Assembly: GCA_037190965.1 (NCBI GenBank)
Contig: JBBCKI010000006.1
Location: 1 to 26,953, forward strand
DNA: 26,953 bases
Source: Chthoniobacteraceae bacterium
Lineage (GTDB): Bacteria; Verrucomicrobiota; Verrucomicrobiia; Chthoniobacterales; Chthoniobacteraceae
Reading direction: 5' to 3'
Positions 1 to 6,688 of this stretch are shown one piece after another. The stretch's first letter is position 1; each line of letters begins with the position of its first letter. The position numbers and the translations under genes are program-made. Below the pieces are notes generated by a model. The model searched no databases, was not told the origin of the DNA, and worked only from the letters and a program-made list of their open reading frames with translations.

Positions 1-1
1 A

Positions 2-373
2 GACGCCTTTCGGGGCAATCTCAATTACGAATGGATGGTGGGAGGGCATTTTGTGGGCCATCCCCATGTAGGCGACTACACAGTCCGTGTCACGGATCCC
101 TCCAGTCCAATCACCCAGGGCCTTCCCTCCACGTTTGCTTACAAGTCCGAGCAATATTATATGCTGGTGGACCCCGGCGTTCATGTTTTGGCCGATACCG
201 AGTACCTGTATAACGGCCACACTTGCAGGATGCCGGTTGCGTGGACGAGAATGTGGGGCAACGGGCGCGTCTTCTATTCGGCCCTCGGGCATGAGCCCGA
301 AGAATTTTCGCAATATCCCGAAGCTTTGAAACTGACTCTTCAGGGGCTCCTCTGGGCCGCCGGGCAGTGTTGA
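2..373 (+). CDS. ThuA-like (trehalose utilisation / class I GATase-like) domain protein, 5'-truncated by window edge
   Basis: Open frame from base 2 reads DAFRGNLNYEWMVGGHFVGHP...SEQYY...MPVAWTRMWGNGRVFYSALGH, which are typical ThuA-family motifs. It lies upstream of a Gfo/Idh/MocA gene. Confidence 0.85.
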   Translation, partial: DAFRGNLNYEWMVGGHFVGHPHVGDYTVRVTDPSSPITQGLPSTFAYKSEQYYMLVDPGVHVLADTEYLYNGHTCRMPVAWTRMWGNGRVFYSALGHEPEEFSQYPEALKLTLQGLLWAAGQC

Positions 374-394
374 AATCACTAATATCTTTTCCCA

Positions 395-1507
395 ATGAAA
401 ACCTCTCCCACTCCTGTCAAGGTCGGCGTTATCGGTTGCGGCGCCATTAGTAATACCTACTTCCAAGGCTGCAAAACATTCCCGATTTTGGAGGTCGTGC
501 ACGTGGCCGATCTCGACCTCGCCCGCGCGGAGGCGCAGGCTGTCAAATACGGCATTCCCCGGCACGGAAACGTGGAGGGACTGTTGGCGGACCCGGAGGT
601 CGAACTGGTCGTCAATCTCACCGTCCCGAAGGTCCACGCCGAGGTTAACCTTGCCGCCATTCGCGCCGGGAAGCATGTCTATTGCGAAAAGCCCTTCAGT
701 ATCAGCAGGGCCGAGGGAGCGCCGGTCATCAAGGCCGCGAACGAGCGCGGAGTATTGATCGGCAGCGCGCCCGACACCTTCCTGGGTAATTCGCACCAGG
801 CCTGCCGGAAGTTGATCGACGACGGGGCCATCGGCAAGCCGCTCTCCGCAGTCGCTTTCATGACCAGCCCCGGGGTTGAGCGGTGGCACCCGAACCCTGG
901 TTTTTACTACGATATCGGCGGCGGCCCGATGTTCGACATGGGGCCTTACTATCTGACGGCGCTTGTCAATCTGATGGGGCCGATGCGCCGCGTCAGCGGC
1001 TCCACAGGCATTGGGTTTGCGGAGCGCCTCATCACCAGCCAACCTTTCGCCGGAACAAAGATCGAAGTCAAAACGCCCACCCATCTCGCGGGCACGGTCG
1101 ACTTCCAGAGCGGCGCGATTGCCACCGTTGTCATGAGTTTCGACGTCTGGGCGAGCCATCTCCCGCGCATTGAAATTTACGGAACCGAAGGGACGCTCGC
1201 GGTGCCCGATCCCAACGGAACCGGGGGGGCGGTGCTCCTGCGCCGGAGCGAACACCGCGAGTGGCGTGACATGCAGGTGACCCATACCGCCATGGCGGGA
1301 CGCGGAGCCGGGGTCGCCGACATGGCTTACGCGGTTCGTTTTGGCCGTCCTCATCGCACCAACGGGGACCTCGCTTTTCACGTCGTCGATGCGATGCAGG
1401 CGTTCGAGGAATCCTCAAACTCCGGCTGTCATATCCCACTGGCGACCACCTGCGCCCAGCCCGCCGCCCTTCCGCCCGAGCTCAAGGCGGGGCACCTGGA
1501 TGAATAG
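395..1507 (+). CDS. Gfo/Idh/MocA family NAD(P)-dependent oxidoreductase
   Basis: Rossmann motif VGVIGCGAIS, AGKHVYCEKP, GGGPMFDMGPYY and IEIYGTEGTL. Confidence 0.95.
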   Translation: MKTSPTPVKVGVIGCGAISNTYFQGCKTFPILEVVHVADLDLARAEAQAVKYGIPRHGNVEGLLADPEVELVVNLTVPKVHAEVNLAAIRAGKHVYCEKPFSISRAEGAPVIKAANERGVLIGSAPDTFLGNSHQACRKLIDDGAIGKPLSAVAFMTSPGVERWHPNPGFYYDIGGGPMFDMGPYYLTALVNLMGPMRRVSGSTGIGFAERLITSQPFAGTKIEVKTPTHLAGTVDFQSGAIATVVMSFDVWASHLPRIEIYGTEGTLAVPDPNGTGGAVLLRRSEHREWRDMQVTHTAMAGRGAGVADMAYAVRFGRPHRTNGDLAFHVVDAMQAFEESSNSGCHIPLATTCAQPAALPPELKAGHLDE

Positions 1508-1534
1508 GCAATAAAGAGCGGTTTGATCAATGAT

Positions 1535-1567
1535 GTAGCCGTTGCAATCAACGGCTACTCTTTGCTT
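1535..1567 (+). terminator. Probable intrinsic terminator hairpin after the oxidoreductase
   Basis: Perfect 10-bp stem GTAGCCGTTG-caat-CAACGGCTAC followed by TCTTTGCTT, between convergent genes. Confidence 0.6.
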
Positions 1568-1717
1568 CTCATTCCCAAACTCTGTTTGGGAATGCCCATG
1601 TCATCGAAACTCCAGTTTCGTAACCGTGTCCGTTCCGGCACTCTGCATGAGATGACGAGGCTCTCGAATCAGAGATTCGGGGACATTGGCATTTCCAATC
1701 TGGAGATTGGTAACGAG
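1568..1717. repeat. REPIN/MITE-like palindromic element, family A, copy 1 (four hairpins)
   Basis: CTCATTCCCAAACTCTGTTTGGGAATG...CGAAACTCCAGTTTCG...CGAATCAGAGATTCG...CATTTCCAATCTGGAGATTGGTAACGAG. Homologous copies in the opposite orientation lie at 4905-5016 and 15546-15717. Confidence 0.9.
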
Positions 1718-1733
1718 GAAAAACGCTCCAAGG

Positions 1734-2696
1734 TCAGCGCGGAGACGCGACCTCGTCCGTTTTCGCCGCAGTCAGCCATTTAAGCAGAAAGTAGAGCGCC
1801 TCCAGACGCCCCGCTTCGACCCCTGCCGCGTGCGCTTGCCGAAGCGGTTCGCCCCAGATCGGCTCCACCTCGACAGGCCGCCCCGCCCAATAATCAATCA
1901 GGCTGGACGGCTTGTAGGGTCCCATCGGCGGGGTGCGTTCCATCTGAAAATCGACATAGGAATCAGGGATCGTATGCCCGTGGGCTCTCGCAATGGCAAT
2001 GGTCTCCCTCATCAAAGCGCGGGCCAGCGCATCAAGATGGCTATCCTCCACGATGCGATCGGTCGTGACGCCTCCCGCCGCGATGGAAAGCCCGTTGAAG
2101 GGGATGTTCCAGACGAGCTTGCACCACCGTTCCGTCATCAGGTTCTCCACGACTTTCGCCGTCACGCCCGCCTCCCGTAGCATCGCTGCGAAGGCCAGCG
2201 TTCGCGGCTGCGGCTCGCGAAGGTATTCGCCGATCGAGATCGTCCCATGTCCGTAGTGCTCGATGCGCCCGGGTGCCACCCGGTTCAGGCAGACAAAACA
2301 GAGCGCGCCCAGCACCCGCTCCGTTCCGAAACGCTCCGCAAGAAACGCCTCGTTGCCAAGGCCGTTCTGGAGCGTCACCAGGGCCGTGGTCTCATGCAGA
2401 AGCGGAGGGATCAGCGTCTCCAAAGCCGCGTTCGAAGTTGTCTTGAGGGCGATAATCACCAGATCCACCGGGCCGATTTCCTCGGGCGTGGCGAAACCCT
2501 GCGCCGGGATGTGAATTTCGGTCGATTCGGAACTCCAAAGCGTCAAGCCGTGCTCCCGGACTGCCGGGAGATCCGCCCGCATCAGGAAACGGACATCATG
2601 CCCGATGGCCGCGAGCTTGCCTCCATAGTAACACCCCACCGCTCCCGATCCGACAACGGCGATACGCGGCTTCTCCGGCAATTGATAGGAATTCAC
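1734..2696 (-). CDS. panE: 2-dehydropantoate 2-reductase (ketopantoate reductase)
   Basis: IAVVGSGAVGCYYG, LQNGLG, WCKLVWNIPFNGLS, KPSSLID and VEVE motifs of the ApbA/PanE family. GTG start. Confidence 0.92.
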   Translation of the reverse strand: MNSYQLPEKPRIAVVGSGAVGCYYGGKLAAIGHDVRFLMRADLPAVREHGLTLWSSESTEIHIPAQGFATPEEIGPVDLVIIALKTTSNAALETLIPPLLHETTALVTLQNGLGNEAFLAERFGTERVLGALCFVCLNRVAPGRIEHYGHGTISIGEYLREPQPRTLAFAAMLREAGVTAKVVENLMTERWCKLVWNIPFNGLSIAAGGVTTDRIVEDSHLDALARALMRETIAIARAHGHTIPDSYVDFQMERTPPMGPYKPSSLIDYWAGRPVEVEPIWGEPLRQAHAAGVEAGRLEALYFLLKWLTAAKTDEVASPR

Positions 2697-2729
2697 GAAA
2701 GAGATGATTCAGCACGAATCGGGAGAGTG

Positions 2730-4280
2730 TCAATAAACGGGCGCGGGGCCATGCAATTCATTGAACGCGCCTCCGAAGAATTCCAGAAGATCGGTGGCGC
2801 AAAGCGATTCCTGGCTTTGCCAGCCGTGGAAAACCGCGATCTCGGCCGCGCGCCCGCATACCCAAGCCCCAAGGTGAGCCGCGTCGGCCAACGGCAAGCC
2901 TTGTCCGGCGAGGGCGGCGCAGGTTCCGGTGAGGACGTCGCCCATGCCCCCCGTGGCCATACCAGGGCTGCCGGTGGTGTTGTAAGCGATGTGGAGGTTT
3001 TCTCCTGCGGCATGGGCGACCAGCGTTCGTGAGCCCTTGAGCAAAAGCGTGAGGGGCAAGCGGTTCTTCGCAAAGCGGGCGAGGAACTGGCAGGCCGTCT
3101 CCTGTCGTGAGAGAGCCTTGGCTTCGGGGAAAAGGCGGAGCATCTCCCCGGGGTGTGGCGTGAGCAGACGTGGCCCGGCGCACCGGTCCAGCGTTTCAAG
3201 ATTCCCGGAAGAGGCCGCCAGCAGATTGAGGGCGTCGGCATCCACCACCATTGGCCCGGGGAAACCGGCGATCACTGCCAGAAGATCTTCGGCATCCTGA
3301 TGGCGGGCGTTCGGCCCGAGTCCCGGCCCGATGGCCAGTGCGTCGAACGAGCGGTCGAGCACGTCCCGGTAGCTTTCCACCGCCGTCGTCATTACCTCCG
3401 GCATGACGGCGGTGGCAATGACGGGATAGGCATCCGGCGTGACAAAAAGCGAGACCAGCCCCGCGCCGGCGCGTACCGCCGCGTTGGCCGACATCACCGC
3501 CGCACCGGTCAGCCCGCGTGAACCGGCGATGATCCCCACCCGCCCGCAGTCCCCCTTGTGCGTGCTGAACCGGCGTCGCGGCAGCCGCGCCTTCAAGGTG
3601 GTCGGAGTGGTCACAACCGTTTTCCCTGCGTCTTTTCCGGCGGCTTCCGTCAACTCGGGAAGAGGGAGGACGGCGAGCCGTCCCACAAAATCGATCGCTC
3701 CGTCGGCGACCAACCCCTGCTTTGCAAAACCGATCGCGAGAGTAATATCGGCCTCCACCGTGTCCGGTGCCGCCGCGCCGGTGTCTCCGTCGAGCCCGGT
3801 TGGGATATCGAGCGCAAAAACGTTCGCGCCGGTTTCGCGCCGTTGCCGGTTGATCTCTGCCGTGGCGTTGCGGATCGGTTCGCGTAACCCGCCGCTGACG
3901 TTCGCGCCGATGCCGAGAAGACCGTCGAGAATGACCTTGGGTGCGACGTCATTGGAGCCCTCCACGCGCAGCCCAAACGAGGCGAGGGCGACCAGTTCCT
4001 CCAGCTTTCTGGCGGTGAGCGGAGCAAGCGTGTCGCGGGGGAAGACTTCATGGAGCGAGAGGGTCCAGCCCGATTCCGCGAGATGCCGCGCGGCGACGAG
4101 GGCATCGCCTCCATTGTGGCCCTTGCCCACGGCCACGCTGCATGCCCCGGGAGTGGGGAAGAACTGTTGCACCGCCTCGGCAATCTGCCTGCCGGCTTCG
4201 TTCATGAGTGTTTCGGCGGTAGCCCCCGATGCAAAGGCCCGTTCCTCCAGTTCCCTCATTTTCCGGCACGTCACGATCAT
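2730..4280 (-). CDS. nnr: Bifunctional NAD(P)H-hydrate epimerase/dehydratase (YjeF)
   Basis: YjeF_N motifs LMNEAG, GKGHNGGDA, LDGLLGIG and DIPTG. Dehydratase motifs HKGDCG, IGPGLG, VDADAL, LTPHPGE and MATGGMGDVLTG. ATG at 4280 preferred over TTG at 4292. Confidence 0.95.
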   Translation of the reverse strand: MIVTCRKMRELEERAFASGATAETLMNEAGRQIAEAVQQFFPTPGACSVAVGKGHNGGDALVAARHLAESGWTLSLHEVFPRDTLAPLTARKLEELVALASFGLRVEGSNDVAPKVILDGLLGIGANVSGGLREPIRNATAEINRQRRETGANVFALDIPTGLDGDTGAAAPDTVEADITLAIGFAKQGLVADGAIDFVGRLAVLPLPELTEAAGKDAGKTVVTTPTTLKARLPRRRFSTHKGDCGRVGIIAGSRGLTGAAVMSANAAVRAGAGLVSLFVTPDAYPVIATAVMPEVMTTAVESYRDVLDRSFDALAIGPGLGPNARHQDAEDLLAVIAGFPGPMVVDADALNLLAASSGNLETLDRCAGPRLLTPHPGEMLRLFPEAKALSRQETACQFLARFAKNRLPLTLLLKGSRTLVAHAAGENLHIAYNTTGSPGMATGGMGDVLTGTCAALAGQGLPLADAAHLGAWVCGRAAEIAVFHGWQSQESLCATDLLEFFGGAFNELHGPAPVY

Positions 4281-4398
4281 GCGCGCATTCAATCATCAAA
4301 CCCTCGGCGGGCCAAGCCGGGAGAGCCCCCGGATTTGGGGACTGGATTTCCCGAAAAATGCGGCGAGTATATCCCCTACACAACTCCCAACCCCGACT

Positions 4399-4875
4399 AT
4401 GAACCCCTCCCGAATTTTCACGGTGCTCGCTTTGACCTCCCTTGCCGCCTGCCAAAAGGCTCCTCTGCTTCCCTCCAACGACCCGAAGTTGGACAGCCGC
4501 CTCGCCAAGATCGAGGCGCAGCTCTATCGCGTTGAGGAAGCGCTGGTTCGGCTTTCGGAGGCGGAAGCTTCCCGGGAGGGGAAAGTCGAATCCGCAGCAG
4601 TGCCCGCCGCGGCGGAAGAGCCGGCCGCTCTTTCGCGGATCAGCGTCTATGTTTACGGAGAATCCGTCCCGAGGCCCGGCGAACAGGCCGTCGTTCCCGG
4701 AGGCACCGTGATGATGGCGCTGGCTTCCGCGGGAGGCCCCGGCGCTTACACCGCCAAGAAGCTGACCGTTGTCAGAAAGGAAAAACCCGACATCGATCTC
4801 GAAGGGCAGGAAGAATGGAAGAACTTCACGGTGGAAGAGGGCGACGTCATCGTCGTCAAGGCGTCGGTGTTTTAG
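4399..4875 (+). CDS. Lipoprotein with short coiled coil and C-terminal SLBB (beta-grasp) domain
   Basis: MNPSRIFTVLALTSLAAC lipobox and the heptad segment LDSRLAKIEAQLYRVEEALVRL. The segment VYVYGESVPRPG...ALASAGG...VEEGDVIVV matches the SLBB pattern of Wza-like proteins. This is the real 3' part of track ORF 3439..4875. Confidence 0.75.
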   Translation: MNPSRIFTVLALTSLAACQKAPLLPSNDPKLDSRLAKIEAQLYRVEEALVRLSEAEASREGKVESAAVPAAAEEPAALSRISVYVYGESVPRPGEQAVVPGGTVMMALASAGGPGAYTAKKLTVVRKEKPDIDLEGQEEWKNFTVEEGDVIVVKASVF

Positions 4876-4904
4876 AACATTTTCGACATATTTTCTGCTT
4901 TTTC

Positions 4905-5016
4905 CTCGTTACCAATCTCCAGATTGGTAATGCCGTTGTCCTCGAATCTCTGATTCGAAAGCCTTGTCATCTTGTGCAGGAGTCCGAACGGACGGGGTTG
5001 CGAAACTGGAGTTTCG
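4905..5016. repeat. REPIN/MITE-like element, family A, copy 2 (truncated, three hairpins)
   Basis: CTCGTTACCAATCTCCAGATTGGTAATG...CGAATCTCTGATTCG...CGAAACTGGAGTTTCG. It is the reverse-complement homologue of copy 1, including the spacer, and lacks the terminal CCCAAAC..GTTTGGG hairpin. Confidence 0.88.
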
Positions 5017-5017
5017 T

Positions 5018-5050
5018 TCATAATCTCCGCACGTCTTGAGGAGATTATGA
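5018..5050. terminator. Hairpin between convergent genes (possible terminator)
   Basis: Perfect 11-bp stem TCATAATCTCC / GGAGATTATGA with an 11-nt loop. A second imperfect hairpin follows at about 5051-5099. There is no clear U-tract. Confidence 0.4.
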
Positions 5051-5134
5051 TCCGCTTCCCCGCATTCGCGACAAATCCGCAAATGCTGTGGGGAATGGAT
5101 GCGCGTTCCAGGCTGCTCAGCAGCGACATCGGGT

Positions 5135-5713
5135 TTACCTGGACGCCATGATTCCTCGCGCGATGGCTTCCGCGAGTTTCTGGCGATGCGCGGCGGTTAG
5201 GCAGAGCGCGGCTTCGCGACGGTTGGTGAGAAAGCCGCATTCCACCAGGACGGCGGGATTGCGTGAATAACGCAGGACGTAGAAGCCACGCTGCTTGACG
5301 CCCCGGTTTTCCGTCCTGTGGGTTCTCAGCAGCTGGGATTGAATGCGCGCGGCCGTCTTGCCGGAGGCGCGGGAGTAGTAGAAAGTTTCATACCCGCACG
5401 CCCCTTCGCGCGGCGCGGAGTTGAAATGGATGCTCACGAAGAGCGCATTCCGGTGCGAATTGGCGATTGCCACGCGGCGCGGGAGCGGGATGAAGACATC
5501 GCTGGTGCGCGTCATCACCGTTCGCACGCCCTTGGCGCGGAGAATGGCGTTTATCCGGAGCGAGACGTCGAGCGTCATCGCTTTTTCCGAAACACGCTGG
5601 CCGGGGACGCCGCCCCGGTCGTGACCACCATGCCCGGCGTCGATGACGACGGTGGTGAAGCCCATCGCCTGGCCGACGAGGGCGAGGAAAAGGAAAACGA
5701 AAAGCCGCCTCAT
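5135..5713 (-). CDS. N-acetylmuramoyl-L-alanine amidase (Amidase_3), exported
   Basis: Signal peptide plus Zn-ligand motifs VIDAGHGG, SEK, FVSIHFN and VLVECGF. Confidence 0.95.
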   Translation of the reverse strand: MRRLFVFLFLALVGQAMGFTTVVIDAGHGGHDRGGVPGQRVSEKAMTLDVSLRINAILRAKGVRTVMTRTSDVFIPLPRRVAIANSHRNALFVSIHFNSAPREGACGYETFYYSRASGKTAARIQSQLLRTHRTENRGVKQRGFYVLRYSRNPAVLVECGFLTNRREAALCLTAAHRQKLAEAIARGIMASR

Positions 5714-5741
5714 GCGCTGTATTTGGCTGAAGCGGCCCGTA

Positions 5742-6626
5742 TTAACCCTTCGGCAGGTTGATGGGGCGATCCGAAAGCTTCGGAACGTTCGGCGCTGTCG
5801 GGGTGTCGGTCACAGGTTCGTTGGTCTGCAACTGCCCGCCGAGCACGGCGAGATTGCCGTACTTGTTGACGCGCAAGGAGGGGCGGTGTTTGACCGCGAG
5901 ATAGTTCTCCTGGTTGACCAACTCCCCGTTCAGCCCGACGTGGGTATGCAGGTAAAGTTTTGCCCCCGTCAGGTGCAGCACGTGCAGGTTATTCTGCTCG
6001 TCGAGCTTGAACTCGGGGTCAATCCCGGTGATCTGCTTGCCGATCGGGTAGGTGCAATAGACGGTTCCCTGCTCAACGTCCTCAACCCGCACGTAGAGGT
6101 AATTGCTGCTGGGCTGCCGGAAGCTCAAGACGGTGTAACGGCGATTGCCGCCGGCGCCTTCAGCCCCATCCGGTACTCCGACCACCTGCTGCCAGAGGAC
6201 GCGCCCTTCGCTGATTTCGACGTTATGCATCGGCGACTGGAAGAACTGTTCCATCGGGCCGAAGTAGATGGAGGCACGAATCCGGTAGAGACCGAAATCG
6301 CGGACCGGGTACAGGCTGTTGATCACGACTTTCCGTTGTACGGTCTGTCCCGGCGGAATGATCAGCGGGGAAAGGCTGTAGTGGATATCGTTGGGGGGGA
6401 CCGGCTGGCCATCGGCGCGAAGCACCTCAAAGCCAAACCATGGCTGGCCGCCCTTGTCCGCCAGCGGAAGATCCCGACCTGAAAGATTCCGGATGCTGAC
6501 CGTCGCCACAATCGGCTCATACATCACGAAGAGCCGCCTCTTGATTTGCAGGGCTACTTGGATCTGCGCGTGCAGCGCATCGGCTGCCACGAACAGAATG
6601 AGGAGGGAGAGGAGGAGACGGCGCAT
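5742..6626 (-). CDS. Exported hypothetical protein (beta-rich, possibly Ig-like N-terminal domain)
   Basis: 294-aa ORF with Sec signal MRRLLLSLLILFVAADALHA|QI and many alternating beta-strand segments. Co-oriented with and closely spaced to its neighbours. Confidence 0.8.
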   Translation of the reverse strand: MRRLLLSLLILFVAADALHAQIQVALQIKRRLFVMYEPIVATVSIRNLSGRDLPLADKGGQPWFGFEVLRADGQPVPPNDIHYSLSPLIIPPGQTVQRKVVINSLYPVRDFGLYRIRASIYFGPMEQFFQSPMHNVEISEGRVLWQQVVGVPDGAEGAGGNRRYTVLSFRQPSSNYLYVRVEDVEQGTVYCTYPIGKQITGIDPEFKLDEQNNLHVLHLTGAKLYLHTHVGLNGELVNQENYLAVKHRPSLRVNKYGNLAVLGGQLQTNEPVTDTPTAPNVPKLSDRPINLPKG

Positions 6627-6688
6627 AGGAGGGGAGGGTAGTCTTTCGATAAACCGAAAATGGCGTCAGTGCATCTTATTTCAAATGA

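Noticed and set aside
1523..1783. Small ORFs sharing an 'LEIGNE' / 'SSKLQF' peptide (also 4872..5240 and 15543..15764) that look like a protein family
   Set aside because: They are translations of the family A palindromic repeat, not genes.
3439..4398. N-terminal 320 aa of track ORF 3439..4875
   Set aside because: Antisense shadow of nnr. The credible gene starts at ATG 4399 with a lipoprotein signal.
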